Source: Candidatus Marinacidobacterales bacterium (GTDB taxonomy: Bacteria; Acidobacteriota; Vicinamibacteria; Marinacidobacterales; SMYC01). From it: DNA of 64,000 bases. Made by a program: the position numbers and the translations under genes. Position 1 is the stretch's first letter. Every line of letters begins with the position of its first letter. The notes below the pieces were generated by a model. It saw only the letters and a program-made list of their open reading frames with translations, was not told the DNA's origin and did no database searches. The stretch spans positions 1,984,001 to 2,048,000 of the forward strand of contig CBDCYI010000005.1 of NCBI GenBank assembly GCA_965224085.1, in the 5' to 3' direction. Of this stretch, positions 20,026 to 29,806 are shown in pieces.

Positions 20026-21615
20026 CTATTGTGGCGGGTTTCCGTTTCGCCGTTTCGGAAGCTCGACCTTCTTGTGACGCAAGGCCTCGAGGGAGCGAAT
20101 CAGAACGGCGCGGGTGTCCCGTGGGTCGATAATGTCGTCCACGAAGTCGTAACGGTAATTCTCCGCGAGGCTGAAGATGTTGATGTACTTCTCCCGATAC
20201 TCCCGGCAGCGCTCCTCGAGGAGCCGCGCCTGTTCTTCGTTGTTCTTCGCGTTGTCCAGGTCCTTGGACCAGATGATGGCGGCCGCCTGCTCTGGCCCCA
20301 TGATCGAGATCTCGGCGGTGGGCCAGGCGTAGGAGAAATCGGCTCCCATCGTCTTCGAGCCCATGACCACGTTGCCGCCGCCATAAGAGCGGCGCACCAC
20401 AATCGAGATCTTGGGGACGGTGGCACAAGCATAGCCGTACAAAAGCTTCGCCCCGTGACGGAGGATCGCCTGATTCTCCCATTCGCGACCCACCACGAAG
20501 CCCGGGGTGTCGATCAGCGTGATGATGGGGAGATGGAAGGCGTTGCAGAAGGTCATGAGACGCATGTACTTGTCGGAGCAGTCGTTCTCCATGACCCCGC
20601 CCATCTCGTCGGGGTTGTTCGCGATGAGCCCCACCGGCTGGCCACCGAAGCGCGCCAGACCGGTGATGATGTTGGGAGCGAAGTCCGGCTTGATCTCGAG
20701 AAAGCTCCTTTGATCCACGATGCGTTCGACGATCTCGTGCATGTCGTAGGTCATCTGCGGGGAGTCCGGAAGGATGTCGAGCAGCTCTTCGTCCCGCCGA
20801 TCGGCGGGATCGTCGCAGGAGACCCGTGGGGGTTGCTCTTCACAATGCTGCGGCAGGTAGGCCAGGAGCTGCCGGGCGAACAGCACCGCCTCTCCATCGT
20901 CCTCGGCGATGAGATCGCACTGCCCGGCCGCCATGTTCGAGTCCGCCGAGCCCACCACAGAGTCGTCGATGTCCTCGCCGGTCGCCGCCTTGGTCAGGCG
21001 AGGACCACCCAGCCACATGAACGCCGTTTTCCGCGTCATGATCAGGAAGTCCGACAGCATCGGCGAATAGCCCTGCCCGGCCGCACAGGGACCCATCAGG
21101 ATCTGGATCTGGGGTATCACACCGGAATGTATGGACTGGTTGATGAAGATGCGGTTGAAGGGTCGGGACAGAGCACTCCCTTCATGAAGCCGTGCCCCTG
21201 CCGAGTCGAGCATGCCGACCACCGGTACCCTCATTCGACCGGCAAGCTCGATGATGGCGGCGATTTTGGCCGAGTGGCTTTCGCCGGCGCTTCCGGCCAG
21301 GATGGTGAAATCGGTCGCGTAGACACAGACTTCCCGTCCCTCGACTCTGCCGTGGCCGATCACGACACCGTCCGCGGGCGTGTCCCGCCCCTTCATCCCG
21401 AACTCCTCGTTGTGGGAGCGCACCAGCCCGCCGAGCTCGACGAAACTTCCTGGGTCGAAGAAACTGACGAGCCGTTCCCGGGCAGCGAGCTTTCCCCGGC
21501 TGTGCTGTTTCGCGACTTTTTCGGCGCCGCCCATGGCGGCGAGCTTCGCCTTTTTCGCTTCGAGCTCCTCTAGCAGACGGTCGATCGACCGCGCGCCGGT
21601 TTTCGCCGTACCCAT
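20026..21615 (-). CDS. Acyl-CoA carboxylase carboxyltransferase (beta) subunit
   Basis: RGKLAARER, DGVV.G.G, DSAGARL, DTPGF, AWPTAEI.IMG. Confidence 0.95.
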   Translation of the reverse strand: MGTAKTGARSIDRLLEELEAKKAKLAAMGGAEKVAKQHSRGKLAARERLVSFFDPGSFVELGGLVRSHNEEFGMKGRDTPADGVVIGHGRVEGREVCVYATDFTILAGSAGESHSAKIAAIIELAGRMRVPVVGMLDSAGARLHEGSALSRPFNRIFINQSIHSGVIPQIQILMGPCAAGQGYSPMLSDFLIMTRKTAFMWLGGPRLTKAATGEDIDDSVVGSADSNMAAGQCDLIAEDDGEAVLFARQLLAYLPQHCEEQPPRVSCDDPADRRDEELLDILPDSPQMTYDMHEIVERIVDQRSFLEIKPDFAPNIITGLARFGGQPVGLIANNPDEMGGVMENDCSDKYMRLMTFCNAFHLPIITLIDTPGFVVGREWENQAILRHGAKLLYGYACATVPKISIVVRRSYGGGNVVMGSKTMGADFSYAWPTAEISIMGPEQAAAIIWSKDLDNAKNNEEQARLLEERCREYREKYINIFSLAENYRYDFVDDIIDPRDTRAVLIRSLEALRHKKVELPKRRNGNPPQ

Positions 21616-21619
21616 GCGC

Positions 21620-21943
21620 CTAGTCCTTTATCTCGAGCTCGAGGCGGAGCAGGTTGGGGCCATAAGCTTTGCCCGTCTGGTCCATCATCAGGGTGCGGGT
21701 CGCACCGCCACCCAGCGCCTGTTTTAGCACGAACTCGAGAGAATTCAGGTTGTCCATCTCATAGCGCGTCACATCACCCCTGACGAAATCCTTGAAGTGC
21801 GACTTCACTTTGTCCGCGCTCAGGTGCTTCTTGAGCGTGGCGTAGGCAGCGTCGTCCTTGGCCATGACGCCGATGTTGATGATATCTCCCTTGTCGCCCG
21901 AGCGAGCATAGGCGAGCTCACGCAGCTGGACCGTTTGCGCCAT
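21620..21943 (-). CDS. AtuA-related small protein (ferredoxin-like domain)
   Basis: AYARSGDKGD..NIGV, ALGGG.T.TL..DQTGK. Confidence 0.88.
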   Translation of the reverse strand: MAQTVQLRELAYARSGDKGDIINIGVMAKDDAAYATLKKHLSADKVKSHFKDFVRGDVTRYEMDNLNSLEFVLKQALGGGATRTLMMDQTGKAYGPNLLRLELEIKD

Positions 21944-23310
21944 TAAGACACCTCGAGGACTTCCACGCGCTCCCGGACGAGCTCGCGCGGAATGAGCGTC
22001 GGCCACAAAGCAATGATCTCTCGCGGCGGTGGCGGGGAGATGACCGCGGTGGTGCCCACCGGGCCATGGGTCCAGAGGTGCGTCACTTCCCGCCGGACTT
22101 GATTGGCGAACTGGCGGCTGGTCGTCTTGACCGCGACCCGAACCCGGACCTCGTTGACTTCCGCGAGATCGGAGGGCAATTTCGCAAGCGGACCGTGAAT
22201 GGAGTTGAGTCCGATGTAGTCGAAACGCGACTCGACGATGGGAATCTCGCGCGCCTCGAATCGACCGCGAAGGAAGCGCTCGCAGAACTGGGCTTTTTCG
22301 TAAGCGTCGGGCCAGCACACGCTGATTTCGGACTCGCCGAGCCAGCCGTCCGTGTAGCCGAGGCAGAACTTGAGCTTCTCCGGTCGCGGTTTGCCCCGAA
22401 AGCCGCTCACTTTGACCTGATCCGGACCTACCGGTTCCAGTCGGATGTCCGAGAAATCCGCAATCGCATCCGCCATCAAGTAATTCTTCGGATCGTGAAC
22501 TTCGTAAACGAGATGCTCTTTGACCGTCCACTCCGTGACCATCCGCCCGCTGCCCGGCGCCTTGGTGATGATCGCCTCGCCGTTCTCCTCGACTTGTGCG
22601 ATGGGAAAGGCGACGCGCCAGGGCTCCTCGATGTCTTTCCAGAAGTTCGACATGCCGCCCGCGCAACCCGCCGAGCACTCGATGATGTGACCGATGGTGA
22701 CCGCCGCCGCCATCTTGTCCCAATCGTCCAGGGACCAACCCAGCTCGTGCACCATCGGCGCGACGTAGACCGAGTTATCGGTGGCCCTGCCGGTGATGAT
22801 GACGTCGGCGCCGGCTCCGAGCGCCTCGATCTGGCCCTCCGAACCGATATAGGCATTGGCGGAGACAATGCGGTCGGCGACCGGATCGATGTCCTCCTCG
22901 CCGGTATCCAGATTGGGGAATTTCACGCCTTCATTTCGAAAGTCGGAAAGCTGTTCCAAGACGTCGTCACCAAACACCAGACCAAGCTTCATCCCCTTGT
23001 ACCCGAGCTCCGAGGCCACAGCCGCCACGGCCTCGCCGGCCGCCTGTACGTTGGCCCCGCCAGCGTTGGTCAGCATGCGAATGCCCTTGTCTCGCGCGAT
23101 GGGCAAGAGTTTCTTCATCCATGGAATCAAATCGGGGATGTAGCCGCGCTGGGGATCCTTGTTCTTCATTCGCTGAAGGATGGACATGGTGAGCTCGGCG
23201 AGGTGATCGAAGCCGATGTACTGCACCTCCCCCTTCTCTGCGAGCTCCACCGCCGGGTCGAGCATGTCCCCCCAGGACGCGGAGCCACAGCCCATCCGAA
23301 CAGATTTCAT
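21943..23310 (-). CDS. Acyclic terpene utilization AtuA family protein (DUF1446)
   Basis: GCGSASWGD, DHLAELTM, NAGG, SANAYIG, GHIIEC, EHLVYEVHDP..Y. Confidence 0.92.
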   Translation of the reverse strand: MKSVRMGCGSASWGDMLDPAVELAEKGEVQYIGFDHLAELTMSILQRMKNKDPQRGYIPDLIPWMKKLLPIARDKGIRMLTNAGGANVQAAGEAVAAVASELGYKGMKLGLVFGDDVLEQLSDFRNEGVKFPNLDTGEEDIDPVADRIVSANAYIGSEGQIEALGAGADVIITGRATDNSVYVAPMVHELGWSLDDWDKMAAAVTIGHIIECSAGCAGGMSNFWKDIEEPWRVAFPIAQVEENGEAIITKAPGSGRMVTEWTVKEHLVYEVHDPKNYLMADAIADFSDIRLEPVGPDQVKVSGFRGKPRPEKLKFCLGYTDGWLGESEISVCWPDAYEKAQFCERFLRGRFEAREIPIVESRFDYIGLNSIHGPLAKLPSDLAEVNEVRVRVAVKTTSRQFANQVRREVTHLWTHGPVGTTAVISPPPPREIIALWPTLIPRELVRERVEVLEVS

Positions 23311-23440
23311 ACAGACCCCTGCGTCCTAGCGCGATCCGGAACCGGCGTCTCAGCGTTCACACTCACCTGCGAAAATGGAATCGGGATTGGCTGCGGTGGG
23401 ACACATGTCACTTCCGTCCGGGACCGGTTCCCCGCGTATT

Positions 23441-23485
23441 TCGACCCGCCGGTAGAATTATAGTGACCGGGTAGGATCCTGTCTA
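23441..23485 (-). promoter_or_regulatory. sigma70 promoter for AtuA operon with operator
   Basis: Minus strand TAGACA(23485-23480)-17 bp-TATAAT(23462-23457), followed by TCTAC-N6-GTCGA(23456-23441). Confidence 0.7.
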
Positions 23486-23595
23486 TCCTTCTACGTAAAA
23501 AAGTACACTCCTTTCCCGCATGGAAATGAGACGCGCAGCCGCAGCCGATGAGGCGGTATCTCCGTAAATCATTCTACCGTTACGGTCAAAAACGT

Positions 23596-23648
23596 TTGAC
23601 AACGTGTTGGCGCTGACCTTATAAGGGAGTTCTTGACGATGGAGTCGC
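23596..23648 (+). promoter_or_regulatory. sigma70 promoter for LLM-E1/E2 operon with operator
   Basis: TTGACA(23596-23601)-18 bp-TATAAG; TTGAC-N6-GTCGC at 23633-23648. Confidence 0.55.
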
Positions 23649-23671
23649 TCGCTGAAGGCTGGAGGTGATTT

Positions 23672-24589
23672 GTGCAGTTCGGCGTCACCCTGCCAAATTT
23701 CCCTTACGGTGCAGCACCGAGCCGCGATCACTTGCTGGAGGTGGCCCGCGTTGCCGAGGAGCAGGGTTACACCTCGCTTTGGACGAGCGATCATATCCTC
23801 GTGGGGTCCGCGTTTCCCCGATACGGCCACATCTACGAGGCCCTCGTGACACTGGCCTGGCTGGCGGCGAAGACCAAGACGATTCGGCTGGGCACTTCGG
23901 TTCTGGTCGTACCCATGCGCAACGCGATCCTGACCGCGAAACAAGTGGCCACGATTGATGAGCTGTCCGGCGGGCGCTTCATCCTCGGGGCGGGCATTGG
24001 GTGGAACGAAGAGGAGTACGGCTTTCTCGGCGCCAAATTCAAGAAAAGGGGCGAGGTGATGAACGAGTCGCTCGCCGTGATTCGCGACCTGTGGACAGCC
24101 GAGAAGCCCTCGTTCTCCGGCCAGTTTCACCGCTACGAGAACGCGCTGTTCGAACCGAAGCCGGAGCAGAAGGGAGGGCCTCCGATCTGGGTGGGGGGGA
24201 ACTCGGACCGGGCGCTCAGTCGCGCCGCCCGGCTGGGCGACGGCTGGCACGCCGACGAGGTCGACCCGGCGGGCTTCGCCGAAGCGTCCAGGAAGGTCGA
24301 GCGCTATGCCAGCGAGCACGGGAGGAGCGTCGGCGTCTCGATCCGATATACCGTCGACCTCTTCGCGGCCACCGGAAACAAGAAGGAACAGGCTGTTTCC
24401 GAAGGCTATTATCTCGGAAACCAAGGCGAGGTCGGGATGCGCGGATCGCTCGAAGAGATGATCGACTTCGTGCGGAAATACCGGAACATGGGTGCCACCG
24501 ATTTCATTTGCCAGTTCGAGCACGATTCGGTGGAGCAGCACCTGGACTTCATACGCACGTTTCGCCGCGAGGTCGCGGACCAGATCTGA
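23672..24589 (+). CDS. LLM-class (putatively F420-dependent) oxidoreductase
   Basis: WTSDH, RLGTSVLV.P.R, LSGGR..LG.G.GW..EEY, PPIWVGG. Confidence 0.9.
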   Translation: MQFGVTLPNFPYGAAPSRDHLLEVARVAEEQGYTSLWTSDHILVGSAFPRYGHIYEALVTLAWLAAKTKTIRLGTSVLVVPMRNAILTAKQVATIDELSGGRFILGAGIGWNEEEYGFLGAKFKKRGEVMNESLAVIRDLWTAEKPSFSGQFHRYENALFEPKPEQKGGPPIWVGGNSDRALSRAARLGDGWHADEVDPAGFAEASRKVERYASEHGRSVGVSIRYTVDLFAATGNKKEQAVSEGYYLGNQGEVGMRGSLEEMIDFVRKYRNMGATDFICQFEHDSVEQHLDFIRTFRREVADQI

Positions 24590-24601
24590 GAGGAGCGAGG
24601 T

Positions 24602-25711
24602 TTGCTTCAGCAAGCGAAGGCATCGAAAGCTGCGGAGGGCCGCGGACACCAACGAGGACCGGTCCGCACGCTGGATCCGGAGGGGAACCTCCTCGTGGAC
24701 GAGCCGCCACTGAGCGACGAGGAGGCTGTCGCGGGTCTTCGCGCGATGTTGCTCGGACGACGGTACGACGAGCTCTGTATCAAGCTGGCTCGCCGCGGTC
24801 TCATGGTGACCCTCGCACCCGGCATCGGCCAGGAAGCCTGTAGCGTCGGAAGCGTCCTGCCGCTCGAGCGTCATCGTGACTGGTTCGTTCCCCAGTACCG
24901 CGAGGCGGCCGGCCAGCTGTTCCACGGATTGGACCTCGTCCAGGCCTTCTTGTGGCACATGGGAAGCCCCATCGGGTTTTACATTCCGGAAGGCGTGAAG
25001 ATGCTCCCCTTCCAGGCCGCGGTGTCCGGGCAGATCCCTCACGCGGTGGGACTCGCCTGGGGGCTCAAGCACCAGGGGAAGACCGACGTCGTCGTGGTGC
25101 ACTTCGGCGAAGGGGGATCCTCACAAGGAGATTTTCTCGAGGCGGCCAACCTGGCTGGCCTCCGCAAGGCTCCGGTCATCTTCTTCTGCCAAAACAACGA
25201 ATGGGCCATCGCCACTCCGCGAGAGCTGCAAACCGCGTCCGAGACCATCGCGCAAAAGGCCGACGCGTTCGGATTCCGCGGTGTTTCGGTGGACGGAAAC
25301 GATCTCTTCGCCGTGTACGACGTGACGCGCCAAGCGGTCGAGCGCGCCCGGGCCGGAGAGGGTCCGACGCTCATCGAGGGCATGACCTACCGATTGGGAA
25401 TCCACACCACCGCGGATGCCTCGCGCCTCGATCCTCCCGAAGTCTTCGAAGCCTGGGAGAAGAAAGACCCGCTGCTTCGCGTTCAGCGCTACCTGGAAAA
25501 GCGCGGCGCCTGGAACGCGTCGGTGGGGGAGGCGATGGAGCAGGAAGTCAAGGCGGAGCTCGATGCCGCCTGGGCGGAGGCGCAGCAGCGTCCGCCTTCG
25601 CGAGGCCACGAGGGCATCGCTCACGTCTTCGCCCAAATGCCCCCCCGACTTCGGGAGCAGCAGCGCGAGCTCCGGGAGCGAGCCGGTAACGGAGATGACG
25701 CCCGTGACTAA
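24602..25711 (+). CDS. 2-oxoacid dehydrogenase E1 alpha subunit
   Basis: GQEA, PQYRE, GEGGSSQGD...NNEWAI, VDGND, YRLGIHTT. Confidence 0.93.
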   Translation: MLQQAKASKAAEGRGHQRGPVRTLDPEGNLLVDEPPLSDEEAVAGLRAMLLGRRYDELCIKLARRGLMVTLAPGIGQEACSVGSVLPLERHRDWFVPQYREAAGQLFHGLDLVQAFLWHMGSPIGFYIPEGVKMLPFQAAVSGQIPHAVGLAWGLKHQGKTDVVVVHFGEGGSSQGDFLEAANLAGLRKAPVIFFCQNNEWAIATPRELQTASETIAQKADAFGFRGVSVDGNDLFAVYDVTRQAVERARAGEGPTLIEGMTYRLGIHTTADASRLDPPEVFEAWEKKDPLLRVQRYLEKRGAWNASVGEAMEQEVKAELDAAWAEAQQRPPSRGHEGIAHVFAQMPPRLREQQRELRERAGNGDDARD

Positions 25712-26687
25712 AATGACGATGGTGGAGGCCATTCGCGACACCCTTCACCACGAGATGGAGCGCGACCCGCGGGTCGTCGTTCTCGGCGAGGACGTCGCCC
25801 GGGTCGGCGGCGTTTTTCGCGCCACCGAGGGACTTGCAGAGGCGTTCGGCACTGACCGTGTCGTGGACATGCCGCTCGCCGAGGGCACCATCATCGGTTC
25901 CGTCCTCGGTCTTGCGATATCGGGCCTGGTTCCGGTTGTCGAGATCCAGTTCATGGGCTTTACGCACAACGCCTTCAATCAAATCGTCGAACAGCTGGCA
26001 CGGATCCGTTACCGCTCGTGGGGAAGTCTCTCCGCGCCGGTGACGATTCGCACGCCCTACGGCGGAGGGGTGCGGGCTCCCGAGATGCACTCGGATGGAT
26101 TCGAGGCGCATTTTGCCCACTGTCCTGGCCTGAAGCTCGTGGCGCCGTCGAATCCCGCGGACGCACGGGGGCTCCTGCTGTCTTCGGTGCGCGATCCCGA
26201 TCCGGTCATGTTCCTCGAACCGCTTCGCGGATATCGACTGACGAAAGGCGAGGTTCCGTCCAGCTACGAACCCTTTCCCCTCGGCGAGGCTCGAGTCGTG
26301 CGGGAGGGTGAGGACTGCACCGTCATCGCGTGGAGCGCGGCGGTCGAAGTCGTCCGCCAGGCCGCCGAAGAGGCCGCTCGGCATGGTATTTCGGCGGAGG
26401 TCATCGACCTGAGAACACTCGTTCCGCTCGATACGGAGACGCTCGCTGATTCGGTCCGGAAGACCGGCCGAGTCGTGGTGGCCCAGGAGTCCTGCAAGAC
26501 GGGCGGATTTGCCGCAGAGGTCCTCACGTCGATTCAAGAGGCAGAGGATGTGTTCTACTCCCTCGAGGCGCCGATGATCCGCGTCTGCGCGCCCGACATG
26601 CCGTACCCGGTGCAGGTGCTCGAGCCCGACTACCTGCTCAACAAGGACCACGTGCTCGAGGCCATGCAAAAGGTCGTGGGGAGCTAG
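25695..26687 (+). CDS. 2-oxoacid dehydrogenase E1 beta subunit
   Basis: GEDV...GGVFRAT, EIQF, PEMHS, EVIDLRTLVPLD. Confidence 0.93.
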   Translation: MTPVTKMTMVEAIRDTLHHEMERDPRVVVLGEDVARVGGVFRATEGLAEAFGTDRVVDMPLAEGTIIGSVLGLAISGLVPVVEIQFMGFTHNAFNQIVEQLARIRYRSWGSLSAPVTIRTPYGGGVRAPEMHSDGFEAHFAHCPGLKLVAPSNPADARGLLLSSVRDPDPVMFLEPLRGYRLTKGEVPSSYEPFPLGEARVVREGEDCTVIAWSAAVEVVRQAAEEAARHGISAEVIDLRTLVPLDTETLADSVRKTGRVVVAQESCKTGGFAAEVLTSIQEAEDVFYSLEAPMIRVCAPDMPYPVQVLEPDYLLNKDHVLEAMQKVVGS

Positions 26688-26734
26688 CACCTTGTTCGAG
26701 AAGGGGCTGCGGGCGGGCACGGAGCACTGAAGCC

Positions 26735-27976
26735 ATGGCGCGCCTGGAGTTCCGTATGCCCGATGTGGGCGAAGGGCTGGCCGAAGCGGAAGTCCTGAAG
26801 TGGCTCGTGAAAGTCGGGGAACGGGTCGCGGAGAACGATCCCGTCGCCGAGGTGGAGACCGACAAAGCGGTCGTTACGATGCCCGCCCCCGCCACCGGAA
26901 CGATGGCGGAGCTCACCGTGAGCGAGGGCGAGAGAGTGAAAGTTGGCTCGCTCCTTTTCGTCATGGACTTGGACGGGGCGGCGACCTCGACGACGGCTGG
27001 GGCGCCAGAGAAGGAGGTCGAGGCGGTTGTTTCACGCGCGGGTCCCGCTCCGCACGGCGCTGGCCAGGCGGGAGAGGGCGCATCCGCTCGGGTCCTCGCC
27101 GCCCCGGTCGTCCGGAAGCTAGCAGAAGCGAAGGGCATCGATCTCGAGTCGGTTCCGGGCTCAGGTCCCCGGGGGCGCATCACCCGCGAGGATGTCGAGG
27201 GCTTTGTGCAAAAGCGGGATGAGCCGCTGAGCGCATCCGCCGCCGCGGCACCGGAAGAGCCGGGTAAGCAAGTCGAGCGCATCCCGCTGCGAGGACTGAG
27301 GCGGCGCATCGCCGAGGCCATGACCCTTTCGGCGAGAACCATCCCCCACGTCTGCGGCTTTCACGAAATCGACGCCGCACCGCTCACGAACCTGAGAGCC
27401 AGACTCCGGCCGCGTGCCGAGGCTTCTTCGGTAAGGCTGACCTATCTTCCCTTCATCGTTCGTGCGACGGTGCTCGCACTCGAGCAGCATCCCTATCTCA
27501 ACGCCTCCATTGACGAGAAAGAGCTCGTCATCACGTTAAAGAAGCGCTTCAACGTCGGCATCGCCATCGCCACCGAAGAGGGCCTAGTCGTTCCCGTCCT
27601 TCACGGAGCCGATCGGCTCGGGATACTGGAGCTGGCACGTCGCATCGAGGCGCTCGGTCTCGCCGCCCGCGAGCGGCGGCTCCAACCGGCGGACATGCGT
27701 GGAGGCACGTTCACCATCACCAACGTCGGGCAGGCGGGAGGCTGGTTCGGTACTTCCATCATCCGCCATCCCGAAGCCGCGATCCTCGGAGTGGGTCGTA
27801 TCAGCAAGCGTCCAGTGGTGCGCGACGGCCAGATCGTCGTCGGTGCCGTGCTGCCCATTTCGCTGACGTTCGACCATCGGATCCTCGATGGCGATGGGGC
27901 GCTCGCGTTCGTCCAGAGCCTGCGGGATCAGCTCGAGCGTCCGGAGCAGCTTCTGCTCGGCGAGCCCCAGTGGTAG
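26735..27976 (+). CDS. Dihydrolipoamide acyltransferase (E2)
   Basis: Lipoyl ETDKA, GSGPRGRITREDV, TFTITN, DHRILDG. Confidence 0.95.
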   Translation: MARLEFRMPDVGEGLAEAEVLKWLVKVGERVAENDPVAEVETDKAVVTMPAPATGTMAELTVSEGERVKVGSLLFVMDLDGAATSTTAGAPEKEVEAVVSRAGPAPHGAGQAGEGASARVLAAPVVRKLAEAKGIDLESVPGSGPRGRITREDVEGFVQKRDEPLSASAAAAPEEPGKQVERIPLRGLRRRIAEAMTLSARTIPHVCGFHEIDAAPLTNLRARLRPRAEASSVRLTYLPFIVRATVLALEQHPYLNASIDEKELVITLKKRFNVGIAIATEEGLVVPVLHGADRLGILELARRIEALGLAARERRLQPADMRGGTFTITNVGQAGGWFGTSIIRHPEAAILGVGRISKRPVVRDGQIVVGAVLPISLTFDHRILDGDGALAFVQSLRDQLERPEQLLLGEPQW

Positions 27977-27990
27977 GGGCAGCGGCAGTT

Positions 27991-28980
27991 ATGAAATTCG
28001 GGCTCTGGTATCACCTCAGAAATCCTCCCCAATGGAAGCAGCCCTGGGGCGAGCTCTACGCCCACGCACTGGAGCAGATCGAAACTGCAGAAACGCTCGG
28101 ATTCGATTCGATCTGGACGTCCGAGCATCATTTCATCGAGGACGGCTACCTTCCGTCCTCACTCGTATTCCTGGCCGGTGTGGCGGGCCGAACTCGCCGG
28201 GTCAGGCTCGGGACGCTGGTCCTGCTGCTGCCGCTTCACAATCCGATTCGCGTCGCCGAGGACACGGCGGTGCTGGATCTCCTTTCGGGTGGGCGGGTCG
28301 ATCTCGGAGTCGCCGCCGGCTATCGCGTGGAAGAGTTCGAGGCGTTCGGGGTTTCCCATCGCGAGCGCGGAAAGCGAATGGACGAAGCGGTTTCGATCCT
28401 CCGGGGAGCCTGGAAGGAGGGGAACTTCTCTTACAAGGGGAGCTTTTTCGAGATCGACGAGCTGGACGTCACGCCCAAGCCACTCCAGGATCCGCTTCCG
28501 CTGTTCATGGGAGGAGGCTCGAAAGCCGCCATGCGGCGGGCGGCACGACTGGGCTGTCACCTGCTGCCGCCTCCCGACCGGGAGCTCATCGAGTTGTACC
28601 GTGACGAGCTCGAGAAGAACGGAAAAAAACCCGACGAGTTCCGAATAAAGTTGTTCCAGCCGATGTATTGCTGCGAGGATCGGGAGCTGGGCTGGAAGGA
28701 AGTCAAAGAGCACTATCTCTACATGCACAACTGGTATCGGCGATGGTACCGGGAGGCGGGAGATGGAACCGCGCCGGAACTGACGGACCCCGACGCTATA
28801 CCGCGAGACGCCTACTTCGTCGGCACTCCCGACGATTGCGCGGCGGCGATTCGGCGGCTCACGGCCAACTTTAACTTCGAGGAGTTCATCTTCTGGGCAC
28901 GACCTCCCGGACTCGCCTGGGACAAATCCACGCGCTCGATGGAGCTGTTTGCCCGCGAGGTGCTTCCGCGATTCCATTGA
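27991..28980 (+). CDS. LLM-class flavin-dependent oxidoreductase
   Basis: WTSEHHF..DGYLPS, LPLHNPIRVAED, LSGGR. Confidence 0.9.
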   Translation: MKFGLWYHLRNPPQWKQPWGELYAHALEQIETAETLGFDSIWTSEHHFIEDGYLPSSLVFLAGVAGRTRRVRLGTLVLLLPLHNPIRVAEDTAVLDLLSGGRVDLGVAAGYRVEEFEAFGVSHRERGKRMDEAVSILRGAWKEGNFSYKGSFFEIDELDVTPKPLQDPLPLFMGGGSKAAMRRAARLGCHLLPPPDRELIELYRDELEKNGKKPDEFRIKLFQPMYCCEDRELGWKEVKEHYLYMHNWYRRWYREAGDGTAPELTDPDAIPRDAYFVGTPDDCAAAIRRLTANFNFEEFIFWARPPGLAWDKSTRSMELFAREVLPRFH

Positions 28981-28993
28981 TAGAGAAAGTTCC

Positions 28994-29776
28994 TTGACGT
29001 ACCGGCACCTTGCATCTTCCCGCGACGGGGCTGTCGAGCACCTGACGCTCGATCGGCCCGACGTCAGAAACGCCTTCAACGAGGCGCTCATCGGGGAGCT
29101 GGCGGCGTGGGCCGCGGCGGCGCGTAAGGACGAATCGCTTCGGGTCGTGGTGCTCTCCGGCCGGGGGAAAGTCTTCTCCGCGGGGGCGGACCTCGAATGG
29201 ATGTCGAAGACCGCCGGCTACACCGAGGACCAGTATCTCCGCGATGCTTCGAGACTCGCGGACATGCTCGCGTCGCTCGACACGCTGCCGCAGGCACTGG
29301 TGGGTCGGGTCCACGGCGCCGCCATCGCCGGCGGTATCGGCCTCGTGAGCGTCTGCGACATCGTCATCGCCGAGGAGAACACCGTTTTCGGGTTTTCCGA
29401 AGTCAACCTGGGCATCGTTCCCGCCGTGATCTCGCCGTACGTCGTCGCGAAGATCGGTCCCTCGGCGGCGCGGGAGCTTTTCGTGACCGGCAGGCGCTTC
29501 GGCGCCGAGCGGGCTCGCGAGCTGGGCCTGGTCCATTCGGTCGTTCCAGCGTCGGAGCTCGACCGGGCGGTCGAAAGCCATCTTCAGGAGCTGCGTTCCT
29601 CGGCACCGGCAGCGGTCGCCGACGCGAAGACACTCGTCCGGTCGATCTTTGCGAAATCGCCCGCCGAGGCCCGGGACGTGGCGAGTGGGATCCTGGCGAG
29701 ACGCCGCGCCTCGGACGAGGCCCGGGCTGGCATGAAGGCGTTTTTCGAGAAGAAAAAGCCTCCTTGGGCCGAATAG
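28994..29776 (+). CDS. Enoyl-CoA hydratase (methylglutaconyl-CoA hydratase-like)
   Basis: RPDVRNAFN, FSAGADL, GGIGL, FSEV.LGIVPAVISPYV. Confidence 0.9.
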   Translation: MTYRHLASSRDGAVEHLTLDRPDVRNAFNEALIGELAAWAAAARKDESLRVVVLSGRGKVFSAGADLEWMSKTAGYTEDQYLRDASRLADMLASLDTLPQALVGRVHGAAIAGGIGLVSVCDIVIAEENTVFGFSEVNLGIVPAVISPYVVAKIGPSAARELFVTGRRFGAERARELGLVHSVVPASELDRAVESHLQELRSSAPAAVADAKTLVRSIFAKSPAEARDVASGILARRRASDEARAGMKAFFEKKKPPWAE

Positions 29777-29806
29777 CAGATCACTGGATAGAGAGAGGAG
29801 GACATC

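Noticed and set aside
21620-22738. 372-aa ORF overlapping AtuA
   Set aside because: Only the last 107 aa (from 21943) are AtuA-related; the rest is a shadow frame. The TAATG coupling argues for two genes rather than a frameshift.
24602-27976. Assigning pdhABC or bkdABC symbols
   Set aside because: Substrate specificity cannot be determined from motifs alone.
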